From contig DATMBG010000007.1 in the NCBI GenBank assembly GCA_035559535.1, positions 62,001-93,479 on the forward strand: DNA of 31,479 nt, in the 5' to 3' direction. Under the pieces are notes generated by a model. It was not told the origin of the DNA. It saw nothing but the letters and a program-made list of their open reading frames with translations, and ran no database searches. Shown here piece by piece: positions 1-9,511 of this stretch; the first letter of the stretch is position 1; each line of letters begins with the position of its first letter. The stretch comes from Candidatus Limnocylindrales bacterium (GTDB lineage Bacteria; Moduliflexota; Moduliflexia; Moduliflexales; JAUQPW01). A program made the position numbers and the translations under genes.

Positions 1-3000
1 TTCCACAGTGGGAACTTTCTCCCTATGAATTTTTATCACCTCATCGAGAAACCGTCGCCGAGAGGCTTACAATTCTGGATAAACTCCTGAATCATGAAAA
101 GATCCTGGTGGTAACCCCGGTGGAAGCTTTAATGCAGAAACTTCTACCCCGGCAGGTACTTTATCAATTTACTCAGTACGTGGAAGTGGGAGCTGAGATC
201 AACCGGGATGAGTTGGTTGAGCAGCTTATTTATACCGGTTATCATCCTGTGGAAATTGTAGAAGCCCGGGGAGAATTCAGTGTACGGGGTGGAATTCTGG
301 ATGTATTCCCTCCAATAGGAGAAAATCCGCTTCGGATCGAATTTTTCGGAGATACCGTTGAATCTATTCGGGAGTTTGATATCACGACCCAAAGATCCAT
401 CGCCCAATTGGAAATCGTTACCATCCTTCCCATTCGAGAAGTGGTTCTAAATCAAGAAGCCCTCCAACGAGGCATTGCCAACATAAAAGCCAGAATTGCA
501 GAAATCGGCGCCTCTTACAACACGTTGAATACGCTGATGAACCAGTTGGAGCAAGCGCCCTTTTTCCCGGGGATGGAACGGTATGCTTCTTATTTTTACC
601 CAGATCTGGAAACTTTATTCGATTACCTGGATCCGCAAGGTCTTTTATTTGTAGAGGAAGGATTGGACATAGAACAGGTAGCCAGCAAATTTGAAAGAAA
701 AGTTCAAGAAGGTTATCAGCATGCTCTGGATAAAGGAAGCCCGGTCCCGGATCCTACTTCCCTCTACCTTACGGCCCAACAAGTTAAGGAGCACTTGGAA
801 AGGTGGCAACGAATTGAATTGAATCTGGTGGATTTCTCAGGGGAACAGGAAAGGATGGGAGGATGGGAGTGTGGAAGTAGGGGGATAGAAGGGGATGGGA
901 GCGGGAAGGTAACAACGTCCCCACCCCCCCACCTTCATACCTCCCCACGTATCTCTTACGATCTGGATTTTAAACCCTTGGAATGGGGTTACCTCACAAC
1001 CCCCGATACAGATGAAAAAGAGCAACATATTGCTTTTTCATCCAAGCGGTTGGCCGAATGGCTCGAACAGGGAAATCGGGTCCTTATCGTTTCCCATACC
1101 CGTGTCCAGGCAGAAAGACTGGCGGAACTTCTGGCCGATTATCAGTTAACCCCGGGTCGATACGAAGAGCCAATTCTCTCGGAATTTTTGTTCCAATCCA
1201 GGCAAAAACCTGTTTTCGTTCAGCAAACAGATGAGAAAAGGAGTTTCTTAACCCATCTTCTGATCACGACTGGAGATCTCACAGCCGGTTTTTACCTTCC
1301 GGATCAAAAACTTGTCCTGGTCGGTGAAGACGAGCTTTTAGGGCGACGTAAGACCATCAAGTACCGGCATAAAGTTCATCGACCCAGCCGATTACTAACG
1401 ACTCTGGGTGAACTGGAAATCCATGATTTTGTTGTCCATGTGGATCATGGCATTGGGAGATACCTCGGACTGAAAAGGTTGAAAATCCAGGACATGGAAA
1501 TGGAATGTCTTCATCTGGAGTATCGAGATGGAGATAAGCTCTATGTTCCTATCGATCGGTTAGATCTGGTTCAAAAATATAAAGGGTCTGATGATCATCC
1601 CCCTCAGTTGGATAAACTGGGAGGAACCAACTGGGCTCGTGTTAAAGAAAGGGTTAAGGCTTCTATTAAAAAAATGGCCAACGAACTGCTGGAACTCTAT
1701 GCAGTTCGCCAGGCGCTTCCTGGGTTCTCTTTTTCTTCAGATGACCATCTCTATAAGGAATTTGAAGCCGCCTTTGAATATGAAGAAACGCCGGATCAAA
1801 CCCGGGCTATTCAAGATGTCCTTAAGGATATGGCAGCCGCCAAGCCGATGGATCGATTGATCTGTGGGGATGTGGGATACGGTAAAACCGAGGTGGCCAT
1901 GCGGGCGGCTTTCATAAGTATATTGAACGGGAAGCAGGTGGCCGTTCTGGTTCCCACCACAATATTGGCTCAACAGCACCTTCAAACCTTTCAAAGTCGA
2001 TTTGCTTCGTATCCAGTCCGCATCGAAGTGTTGAGTCGTTTTAAGACCCGGAAGGAGCAGAATGCAATTATAAAAGGACTTAAGGAAGGCACGGTAGATA
2101 TTGTTATCGGCACGCACCGTCTTCTTCAAAAGGACATCGAGTTTAAAGATCTGGGATTGGTTGTCATCGATGAGGAGCATCGTTTTGGGGTGGCTCATAA
2201 GGAAAAACTCCGACAGCTTCGTAAACTGGTAGATGTCCTGACTTTAACTGCGACGCCCATTCCCAGGACCCTCCACATGTCTTTGATGAGCATTCGGGAT
2301 ATGAGTGTGATAGATACTCCTCCGGAAGAGCGTTTGTCTGTGTATACCTATGTGGTTAAATTTGATGAGGGTCTTATCCGGGAAGCTATTCTACGTGAAT
2401 TAGATCGAGGGGGGCAGGTCTTCTTCGTACACAATCGGGTTAAAAGCATTGAAGCTATGGCGAATTATCTTCGTCGATTAGTTCCTACGGCCCGTATTGT
2501 AGTAGCCCATGGCCAATTGGAAGAGAATACCCTAGAAAAGATCATGTTGAAGTTTGTGAACAAGGAGTACGATGTTTTAGTGTGTACGACCATTATCGAA
2601 TCGGGCCTGGATATTCCCTCCGCAAATACCATCTTTATTAATCGGGCAGATAAGTTCGGGCTTGCCCAACTTTATCAGCTTCGGGGACGGGTAGGTCGAT
2701 CTAAACACAGAGCCTATGCTTACCTGCTCATTCCCAATGACCGAACCATCCAGGCAACTGCCAAAAAGAGACTCCGGGTTATCCAGGAACTCAGTGATCT
2801 CGGCTCTGGATTTAAAATATCGGCCCACGATTTGGAAATTCGAGGCGCCGGAAACCTGCTCGGTGCCGAACAATCGGGACACATTTCCGCCTTAGGATTT
2901 GATCTCTACTGTCAGATGATCGCCAATACCGTCAAAGAACTCAAAGGCGAAGCGCTGGAAGAAGAACTCCATCCACAAATAAATCTGGAAATTTCGGCTT

Positions 3001-3401
3001 ATTTCCCCGAGGAGTACATACCGGATATGAAACAACGTCTCGAGATCTATAAAAAGCTCTCTTCGGCTCAGGATTTTGGAAAAGTTCTGGATGTAGAGGA
3101 CGAAATTAGAGATCGATACGGGGCATTGCCGGAGGAGGTAAAAAATCTGATTACCTTAGCCGAGTTACGGCTCCTTTCTAAAGAACTCCGGATCGAAAGT
3201 ATCAAATCGGATAAAGAAACAATCCTTATCTGCTGGAATAAAACAAGTTTGATAACCCCCGAACAGCTCGCCAGGGTTGCTAAAAATGCAAAAGGACGGG
3301 TTAAAATTCTCTCTACCCGATCGGTAGAACTCTATTTGGGAGGAATCAAAAAAGAAGAACGATTAGGCTTTTTAAAAAATTTCTTGCAGGAATTTAGATA
3401 A
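1..3401 (+). CDS. mfd: Transcription-repair coupling factor Mfd, 5'-truncated by the window edge
   Basis: Frame is open from base 3 (PQWELSPYEFLSPH...). Motifs: RGGILDVFP, VVHVDHGIGRY (RID), CGDVGYGKTEVA, DEEH, TATPIPRT, QLRGRVGR, DLEIRGAGNLLG. Confidence 0.98.
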   Translation, partial: PQWELSPYEFLSPHRETVAERLTILDKLLNHEKILVVTPVEALMQKLLPRQVLYQFTQYVEVGAEINRDELVEQLIYTGYHPVEIVEARGEFSVRGGILDVFPPIGENPLRIEFFGDTVESIREFDITTQRSIAQLEIVTILPIREVVLNQEALQRGIANIKARIAEIGASYNTLNTLMNQLEQAPFFPGMERYASYFYPDLETLFDYLDPQGLLFVEEGLDIEQVASKFERKVQEGYQHALDKGSPVPDPTSLYLTAQQVKEHLERWQRIELNLVDFSGEQERMGGWECGSRGIEGDGSGKVTTSPPPHLHTSPRISYDLDFKPLEWGYLTTPDTDEKEQHIAFSSKRLAEWLEQGNRVLIVSHTRVQAERLAELLADYQLTPGRYEEPILSEFLFQSRQKPVFVQQTDEKRSFLTHLLITTGDLTAGFYLPDQKLVLVGEDELLGRRKTIKYRHKVHRPSRLLTTLGELEIHDFVVHVDHGIGRYLGLKRLKIQDMEMECLHLEYRDGDKLYVPIDRLDLVQKYKGSDDHPPQLDKLGGTNWARVKERVKASIKKMANELLELYAVRQALPGFSFSSDDHLYKEFEAAFEYEETPDQTRAIQDVLKDMAAAKPMDRLICGDVGYGKTEVAMRAAFISILNGKQVAVLVPTTILAQQHLQTFQSRFASYPVRIEVLSRFKTRKEQNAIIKGLKEGTVDIVIGTHRLLQKDIEFKDLGLVVIDEEHRFGVAHKEKLRQLRKLVDVLTLTATPIPRTLHMSLMSIRDMSVIDTPPEERLSVYTYVVKFDEGLIREAILRELDRGGQVFFVHNRVKSIEAMANYLRRLVPTARIVVAHGQLEENTLEKIMLKFVNKEYDVLVCTTIIESGLDIPSANTIFINRADKFGLAQLYQLRGRVGRSKHRAYAYLLIPNDRTIQATAKKRLRVIQELSDLGSGFKISAHDLEIRGAGNLLGAEQSGHISALGFDLYCQMIANTVKELKGEALEEELHPQINLEISAYFPEEYIPDMKQRLEIYKKLSSAQDFGKVLDVEDEIRDRYGALPEEVKNLITLAELRLLSKELRIESIKSDKETILICWNKTSLITPEQLARVAKNAKGRVKILSTRSVELYLGGIKKEERLGFLKNFLQEFR
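853..948 (+). repeat. Octamer-repeat G-rich/C-rich hairpin element in-frame in mfd
   Basis: GGATGGGA GGATGGGA GTGTGGAA GTAGGGGG...GGATGGGA followed by a C-rich arm with 8-nt periodicity (919-948); encodes MGGWECGSRGIEGDGSGKVTTSPPPHLHTSP. Confidence 0.75.
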
Positions 3402-3404
3402 AGC

Positions 3405-3492
3405 TCCAGGATTTGTTGTGCCTGGTTTACGGGTGTTTGCTTTTTATTAACAGATTTATTCGGATGGGCTACATCGGACAGCAGGTCCTGGA
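3405..3492 (+). repeat. Intergenic inverted repeat, mfd/surA
   Basis: TCCAGGATTTGTTGT (3405-3419) pairs with ACAGCAGGTCCTGGA (3478-3492); all three deviations are G-U on the + strand. Confidence 0.75.
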
Positions 3493-3509
3493 TGCAGGAT
3501 AAGGGATCC

Positions 3510-4481
3510 ATGAAACATACTTTGCTATTGGCTGGAATACTCTCCGGAATTTTACTTACCTCAAATCTTGTAAAAGGAGAAACTGCCGATCGTATTGTGG
3601 CTATTGTTAATGATAAGGTTATTACACTCCGGCAGTTAAAACTCGCAGAGTTTTCTGCCTTACAAAACAAGCCGCAGGATTCTGAGGGAAAATTTTCGGT
3701 TGATCAGGCTAAATTATTGGAGGATTTAATCGAGGAAAAATTACTGATCCAGGTCGCCGATAAAGCTGGGATCACCGTAACCGAGGATGAGGTTAATGCG
3801 GCCCTGGAGGAAATTAAGAAACGCAACAAAATCTCAGATGATGCAAAGTTCCGAGAAGCTGTGACCCGGGAAGGTCAGAGTTGGGAACAATTCCTGGATG
3901 ATATCCGGAAGCAAATCAAAGTGGTAAGGCTGGTCAATCGGGAAGTTCGATCGCGGGTTACCGTTGATGAAGCGGAAGTTCGAGATTATTATGAAAAAAC
4001 TAAGAACTCTTCCGGACCTCCTCCGGAAAAAGTAAAGGTACGTCATATTCTATTTTCCGTTCCGGAGTGGGCCTCCCAGCAGATGGATGAAGATGCCAAA
4101 AAAAAAGCAGAAGAGGTCTTGGCTAAGATTAAAGGGGGGTTGGATTTTGCTGAAGCAGCCAGATTATATTCAGACGATCCCTCTAAGGAACGAGGCGGGG
4201 ATCTGGGAGTTGTCTCCAAGGGACATATGATAAATCCCCTGGATGAAGTGATTTTTAGTCTGAAACCCGGTGAGGTAAGCCAGCCCGTTCGATCCAGTTT
4301 AGGATATCATCTTATAAAAGTCGAGGAAAAAATAAATGTAGAAGTAGAAGCTTTGGAAACCGCCAAGGAACAGATCCGTAATCTTCTCTTTCAACAAAAA
4401 GTAGAATCCCTCTATAAAGACTGGATTAAGAAATTAAAATCTGAGGCCTATATTGAAATTAAGGAGGAAGCTTTACACTGA
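3510..4481 (+). CDS. surA: SurA/PrsA-like parvulin-type peptidyl-prolyl isomerase
   Basis: Signal peptide MKHTLLLAG..., DRIVAIVNDKVIT, VRHIL, FAEAARLYSDD, GGDLG, GYHLIKV; ATG 3510 preferred to 3492. Confidence 0.85.
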   Translation: MKHTLLLAGILSGILLTSNLVKGETADRIVAIVNDKVITLRQLKLAEFSALQNKPQDSEGKFSVDQAKLLEDLIEEKLLIQVADKAGITVTEDEVNAALEEIKKRNKISDDAKFREAVTREGQSWEQFLDDIRKQIKVVRLVNREVRSRVTVDEAEVRDYYEKTKNSSGPPPEKVKVRHILFSVPEWASQQMDEDAKKKAEEVLAKIKGGLDFAEAARLYSDDPSKERGGDLGVVSKGHMINPLDEVIFSLKPGEVSQPVRSSLGYHLIKVEEKINVEVEALETAKEQIRNLLFQQKVESLYKDWIKKLKSEAYIEIKEEALH

Positions 4482-4747
4482 GATTAGATCTCTTTTTGAA
4501 AATGAGTCGTTTGAGTAAACGTCGGTCCCTGGCAAAGGAGCTTTGTGAGAAAGAACTGGTTCGGGTAAACGGTCAAATTGCCAAAGCTTCAAAAGAAATC
4601 AAACCAGGAGATATCATTCACGTAGAATCCTGGAACCGGCGTTTGGTGGTCAAAGTGTTGCAGGTTCCTGAAGGGCCTTTAAAGAAAAAAGAGGCCGATA
4701 GGTTATACGAAGTTTTAGAGGATATAAGAAAAGAAACTGAATTTTAA
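4478..4747 (+). CDS. S4-domain RNA-binding protein (Hsp15/RqcP-YabO-like), probable CTG start
   Basis: (M)RLDLFLKMSRLSKRRSLAKELC...VNGQIAKASKEIKPGD. The family N-terminal motif begins at CTG 4478, downstream of AAGGAGG (4461-4467). Confidence 0.9.
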   Translation: MRLDLFLKMSRLSKRRSLAKELCEKELVRVNGQIAKASKEIKPGDIIHVESWNRRLVVKVLQVPEGPLKKKEADRLYEVLEDIRKETEF

Positions 4748-4755
4748 AGGGTAAG

Positions 4756-4785
4756 TTGTCAAGGGATCCCCTGAATCCTTGACAA
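4756..4785. repeat. Intergenic inverted repeat upstream of accD
   Basis: TTGTCAAGG ... CCTTGACAA, perfect 9-bp stem. Confidence 0.65.
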
Positions 4786-4804
4786 TGAACGGCTAACAAT
4801 TAGA

Positions 4805-5650
4805 ATGGCCTGGTTTAGGCGAGATAAAGAAGTAAAAAGTAATATCGAAACCCCTAAAAAGAGGGTCCCCGAAGGGTTATGGATTAAATGCGACTCCTGT
4901 AAGGAGATGGTATATCGAAAAGAAGTTGAGAAGAATTTAAAAGTATGTCCCAAATGCAATTACCACTACCGTCTGACCTATCAGGAAAGACTTAAAATGC
5001 TTTTTGATGACGAAGCTTATCAGGAATTCGATACCAACCTTCGATCTGCGGACCCTTTAAAATTTAAGGATTCAAAAAAATACAAGGACCGATTGAAGGC
5101 TGCCAAAGCTAAAACCGGGTTAGAAGAAGCGGTAGTCTCTGCGGAGGGAAAAATCGGGGGAATTCCGGTTATTCTCTGTGTGTTAGAATTTGGATTTATG
5201 GGGGGGAGTATGGGTTCTGTAGTCGGTGAAAAAGTTACCCGGGCCATTGAACGGGCGATTCTGGAAAGAAAACCCCTTATTATTATTTCCTGTTCTGGAG
5301 GAGCCCGTATGCAGGAAGGAATTCTCTCCCTGATGCAAATGGCTAAAATTAGTGCAGCCCTTGGACGGTTAAGTAAAGCCGGCCTACTTTATATCTCCAT
5401 CCTGACAGATCCTACAACCGGTGGTGTAACGGCCAGTTTTGCTATGTTAGGGGATATTATTCTGGCAGAGCCTGGCGCTCTGATTGGATTTGCAGGACCG
5501 AGGGTCATCCAGCAGACCATACGCCAGGAGCTACCTCCGGGTTTTCAAACTTCGGAATTTCTTCTCCAGCATGGAATTATTGACATGGTAGTCCCAAGGA
5601 AAAATATGAAAGCTACTCTGGATAAACTCCTGAATTTTTTTGTCTCCTAA
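4805..5650 (+). CDS. accD: Acetyl-CoA carboxylase carboxyltransferase beta subunit
   Basis: Zn ribbon [50 protein letters not shown]. Confidence 0.98.
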   Translation: MAWFRRDKEVKSNIETPKKRVPEGLWIKCDSCKEMVYRKEVEKNLKVCPKCNYHYRLTYQERLKMLFDDEAYQEFDTNLRSADPLKFKDSKKYKDRLKAAKAKTGLEEAVVSAEGKIGGIPVILCVLEFGFMGGSMGSVVGEKVTRAIERAILERKPLIIISCSGGARMQEGILSLMQMAKISAALGRLSKAGLLYISILTDPTTGGVTASFAMLGDIILAEPGALIGFAGPRVIQQTIRQELPPGFQTSEFLLQHGIIDMVVPRKNMKATLDKLLNFFVS

Positions 5651-5653
5651 AGT

Positions 5654-5719
5654 TTAGCCACAAAGACGCCCAGATACCTCTCTTAATGAGTCCGGAAGTC
5701 GGAGTATCTTTGTGGTTAA
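5654..5719 (+). repeat. Intergenic inverted repeat, accD/folC
   Basis: TTAGCCACAAAGA (5654-5666) / TCTTTGTGGTTAA (5707-5719). Confidence 0.75.
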
Positions 5720-5740
5720 TTATTTATTTTGAGTTCCTAC

Positions 5741-7066
5741 ATGATGACTTACCAGCAGGTTTTAGATTATCTCCTGAGCTTTAAACCTTCGGTTATTCGC
5801 CTGGGACTTGAAAAGATTCGGTATATCCTCAAAGAGTTTGGTGATCCCCAGGATCGGTTTCCGTCCGTTTTGATAGCGGGAACAAATGGTAAAGGTTCTA
5901 CCACGGCCATGGTCAGTTCCATTCTTCAGGCAGAGGGATGGAAGGTGGGAAGTTATACCTCTCCACATCTCCTGGACTTTCGAGAAAGAATTACGATAAA
6001 TGGGAATCTTATTCCAGAGGAAGATCTGATCACCCTGACCGAGGAATTTATACAGATTTTATCCGAGATCGGATCCAGGAAGCCTGTTGAAGCTTCACAA
6101 AACCTGACCTTTTTTGAAGTTGTAACAATTCTGGCTTTTTTGTATTTCGCTCAACAACAAATAGATATCGCTGTTCTGGAAGTAGGATTAGGTGGGCGAC
6201 TGGATGCAACCAATGTAGTGAATCCCCTGGTATCGATTATTACCAACATTTCCATGGACCATGAAAATTATTTAGGATCTACCCGTCGGGAGATTGCCAG
6301 AGAAAAAGCCGGTATTGTTAAAGAAAATGGAATTTGTCTTACCGCCTGTGAACCTGGGGAAGCTCTGGAAGAAATAGAAGCCATATGCCACCGGAAAAAT
6401 GCTCAACTTTTTAAATGGGGGACCCACTTTACCACCTCTCCCATCCAGAGTAGTTTAGCCGGTCAGATATTCTCTTATCAGGGAATGACCCAAAGCTATG
6501 ATCAACTGGAAATTTCTCTCTTGGGAAGGCATCAAATTCTTAATGCAGCTCTTGCTGTAGGCACGATGGAACTCTTGAAATCTCGAGGGTTTCCTGTGCA
6601 GGAAGCTAATCTTCGAAAAGGCCTAAAGGCTGCGCGAAACCCGGGTCGATTAGAAATAATCGGACGGTCTCCCATGGTAGTTCTCGATGCAGCTCACAAT
6701 CCCGGGGGAGCAGAGGCCCTGTCCAAGGCCCTGGTTGAATTATTTACTTATGATCAGCTTATTTTGGTAATGGGCATTTTAAGGGATAAAGATATCCGGG
6801 GTATTTTTAAAGCGCTTTTTCCCATCGCTTCCCAACTTATTTTTACACAACCCCAAAATACAGAACGGGCAACTCCGGCTGAAGAATTAGCCCGTATAGC
6901 CCAGGAAATGCATAGGGATAAATATGAGGTTGTCTCTCAAGTTTCCAAAGCTATTGAATTAGCCCATCGTCGAGCAACGCCTGAGAGCTTAATCTGTATT
7001 ACGGGTTCTCTCTATACCATTGCCGAGGCGAAACAATTTTATGCAGACATAAAACATAATGGGTAA
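5741..7066 (+). CDS. folC: Bifunctional folylpolyglutamate synthase/dihydrofolate synthase
   Basis: IAGTNGKGST, YTSPHL, TFFE, LEVGLGGRLDATNV, PGRLE, LDAAHNP, ITGSLY; follows accD. Start is 5741 or 5744. Confidence 0.97.
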   Translation: MMTYQQVLDYLLSFKPSVIRLGLEKIRYILKEFGDPQDRFPSVLIAGTNGKGSTTAMVSSILQAEGWKVGSYTSPHLLDFRERITINGNLIPEEDLITLTEEFIQILSEIGSRKPVEASQNLTFFEVVTILAFLYFAQQQIDIAVLEVGLGGRLDATNVVNPLVSIITNISMDHENYLGSTRREIAREKAGIVKENGICLTACEPGEALEEIEAICHRKNAQLFKWGTHFTTSPIQSSLAGQIFSYQGMTQSYDQLEISLLGRHQILNAALAVGTMELLKSRGFPVQEANLRKGLKAARNPGRLEIIGRSPMVVLDAAHNPGGAEALSKALVELFTYDQLILVMGILRDKDIRGIFKALFPIASQLIFTQPQNTERATPAEELARIAQEMHRDKYEVVSQVSKAIELAHRRATPESLICITGSLYTIAEAKQFYADIKHNG

Positions 7067-7067
7067 T

Positions 7068-7152
7068 ATCCTAAAGAACGCGAAGAATTTTATAAATCCC
7101 CCAGGAATAAAACATACAAAGAGTACTTGAGATTCTTCCTGTTCTTCGTGGT
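7068..7152 (+). repeat. Intergenic nonamer-type imperfect inverted repeat, folC/DUF1015
   Basis: CTAAAGAAC GCGAAGAAT ... ATTCTTCCT GTTCTTCGTGGT. Confidence 0.65.
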
Positions 7153-7158
7153 TAGAAA

Positions 7159-8487
7159 ATGGCAGAAATTTTACCCTTCAAAGGTATTCGTTACAATCTT
7201 AATAAAGTAGGCGATTTAGCCCTTGTGGTTTCTCCTCCTTACGATGTGATCTCACAGGAGGAACAAGAAAATTATTATAAGCTCCATCCCTATAATGTGA
7301 TTCGTTTAATTTTTGGAAAAGATCTTCCCGGGGATACAGAAGAAGAGAATAAGTATACCCGGGCGGCCAGATATTTTCAGGAATGGATGAATCAACGTAT
7401 CCTGGTGCAGGATGAGCAACCAGCTATCTATCTTTATCGCCAGGATTATCGCCTGCCTTATGAAGAAAAAGAGAAAAGCCTGACAGGTTTCATCGCTCTG
7501 GTTCACATAGATGAGGCTACCAGTAGTAATACGATTTACCCACACGAACATACCATGCCGGCTACGGTAGCCGATCGGTTAAATGTCGTCAAAGCTTGTA
7601 AAGCAGATTTATCTCCGTTGTTTGCCCTTTATTCAGATAGGGAAAGTCAGATCCGGAGTATTTTAGTTTCCGAAATGCAAGCTCAACCTATTCTCAAGTT
7701 GAAAGATCTGGAAGAAGTTCAACATCAGGTCTGGAGGATTCAAAATACCGAAAAGATTAAAGCAATCCAATCAAAAATAAGAAATAAAGCTCTGGTCATC
7801 GCCGATGGGCATCATCGGTACGAAGCAGCAAAATTATTCCGGGATTATATGTGGGCTTTGGATCCTCATCCTTCAGAGTTCAAACTGTATAATTACGTTA
7901 TGATGCAACTGGTAGCCATAGAGGATGAAGGATTGACTATTTTTCCCATTCACAGGCTGGTACGGGGTCTAAGTAACTTTAAAGAGGATCTGTTTTTAAA
8001 GCAGTTAGAGCAATTTTTTCATATCGATACCTTTAAACTTGACGAAAAAGAAAAAACTGCTAAAGTAAGCTTTATTCTTAATCGGTTGAGAATGGACTCT
8101 GAGCTTAGCCATCGGTTTTTTGTCTACAGTGGACAAAATAAAGTGTACGGCCTGACATTAAAAGACTTGAAAGCCTATGAGCAGATTGCCGATTTAACTC
8201 TACCCGAAGTTCTCAGAAATTTAGATGTAAGTATACTGCAGACGCTTATTTTTGATCATATTTTGGAAGGGAAAGAAAAACCTTTAGAGATCTCTTACAC
8301 AAGGGAAGAAGGAAAGGCTTTAGAGCTGATCGACACAGGGCAATATCAAATAGCATTTCTTTTAAGTCCCACGCGGGTATCTCAGGTGGTAGAAGTAGCA
8401 ACCCTGAGGAGACGGATGCCGCCTAAATCCACTTATTTTTACCCGAAACCTTTGACCGGAATCGTAATGAATAAAATATCCTGGTGA
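7159..8487 (+). CDS. DUF1015 family protein
   Basis: ILPFKGIRY, SPPYDVIS, PHEHT, IADGHHRY, MPPKSTYFYPK. Confidence 0.9.
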   Translation: MAEILPFKGIRYNLNKVGDLALVVSPPYDVISQEEQENYYKLHPYNVIRLIFGKDLPGDTEEENKYTRAARYFQEWMNQRILVQDEQPAIYLYRQDYRLPYEEKEKSLTGFIALVHIDEATSSNTIYPHEHTMPATVADRLNVVKACKADLSPLFALYSDRESQIRSILVSEMQAQPILKLKDLEEVQHQVWRIQNTEKIKAIQSKIRNKALVIADGHHRYEAAKLFRDYMWALDPHPSEFKLYNYVMMQLVAIEDEGLTIFPIHRLVRGLSNFKEDLFLKQLEQFFHIDTFKLDEKEKTAKVSFILNRLRMDSELSHRFFVYSGQNKVYGLTLKDLKAYEQIADLTLPEVLRNLDVSILQTLIFDHILEGKEKPLEISYTREEGKALELIDTGQYQIAFLLSPTRVSQVVEVATLRRRMPPKSTYFYPKPLTGIVMNKISW

Positions 8488-8527
8488 GAACCCTTTAGAG
8501 CAGGGAATGCTTCCTTCAGTTTAAGCT

Positions 8528-9451
8528 ATGGTTTCAGGTGGGCATGGTAGTTTAGATACCTGGCAAAGTTTGATCAAAGGAAAGGTTCTGTTCCGGGAGC
8601 CTTTAAGTAAGTATACGACTTTTCGAATAGGAGGACCGGCTGAGTGGATGGTTTTTCCTTTGGATCTCCAGGATGTGCAGACGGCGGTAGCGTATGCCCA
8701 CGATCAGGGTATGAAAATTTTTGTTCTGGGAGGCGGTTCCAATTTATTAGTGGCCGATGAAGGGATTCCGGGGGTTGTACTGAATCTGAGTAAGGGGTTT
8801 AATTATGCCCACTTCCAAGATACGCTGGTCATTGTTGGGGCCGGATATAGTCTTCCCCGGCTTGTCACCGAGGCTGTGAAGCGTGGGTTAACGGGATTGG
8901 AGTGTGCAACAGGAGTGCCGGGAACTGTGGGGGGCGCTGTGAGAATGAATGCAGGTACCCGAGAGGCTGGGATCGGAGATATTATCGTCCAATTAAAGCT
9001 CCTTCACAATAATGGAATCCTGAAGACTTTAGAACAAAAAGATTTAAAATTTCAGTACCGAGAATCCAACCTTCCCGCCGAGAGTATTATATTAGAAGTG
9101 GTACTGAATTTGAGAAAGGGAAATCAGAAGACCCTCCGGGAAGATATCCACAGACGTTTGATAAGTAGAAAAGCCACACAGCCGCTTTCATACCCCAATG
9201 CAGGCTCTATTTTTAAAAATCCTCCGGGGGAGTATGCCGGTCGTCTCATCGAAAAGGTGGGATTAAAAGGGACTCGCGTAGGTGATGCCGAGATTTCTTT
9301 GTTACATGGTAATTTTATTGTTAATAAAGGATCTGCAACTGCCAAAGATGTGATGGCTCTCATTCGAATGGCCAGACAAAAAGTCTGGAAAGAAACCGGA
9401 ATTAAGCTTGAACTGGAAGTTAAGTTATGGGGTTTAAACGAGGAAGGATAG
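8528..9451 (+). CDS. murB: UDP-N-acetylenolpyruvoylglucosamine reductase
   Basis: TTFRIGGPA, LGGGSNLLV, GVPGTVGGAVRMNAG, NAGSIFKNP, HGNFIVN, LELEV. Confidence 0.97.
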   Translation: MVSGGHGSLDTWQSLIKGKVLFREPLSKYTTFRIGGPAEWMVFPLDLQDVQTAVAYAHDQGMKIFVLGGGSNLLVADEGIPGVVLNLSKGFNYAHFQDTLVIVGAGYSLPRLVTEAVKRGLTGLECATGVPGTVGGAVRMNAGTREAGIGDIIVQLKLLHNNGILKTLEQKDLKFQYRESNLPAESIILEVVLNLRKGNQKTLREDIHRRLISRKATQPLSYPNAGSIFKNPPGEYAGRLIEKVGLKGTRVGDAEISLLHGNFIVNKGSATAKDVMALIRMARQKVWKETGIKLELEVKLWGLNEEG

Positions 9452-9509
9452 AAGATAGAGAACTGCGGTTCGATAGGTATCGACCTGTGATTCTCAGTCC
9501 TCGATCCTT
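9444..9509 (+). repeat. Heptamer-type hairpin spanning the murB/ftsQ junction
   Basis: AGGATAG AAGATAG AGAACTG CGGTTCGAT aggt ATCGACCTGTG ATTCTCAG TCCTCGA TCCT; ends 2 nt before the ftsQ GTG. Confidence 0.75.
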
Positions 9510-9511
9510 GT

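Noticed and set aside
4779-4806. TTGACA-16-TAGAAT as the accD promoter
   Set aside because: The -10 hexamer overlaps the accD ATG, so transcription would start inside the CDS; TTGACA is also part of an inverted repeat.
6061-6074. Small palindrome ATCCGA-GA-TCGGAT in folC
   Set aside because: A 6-bp stem is expected by chance.
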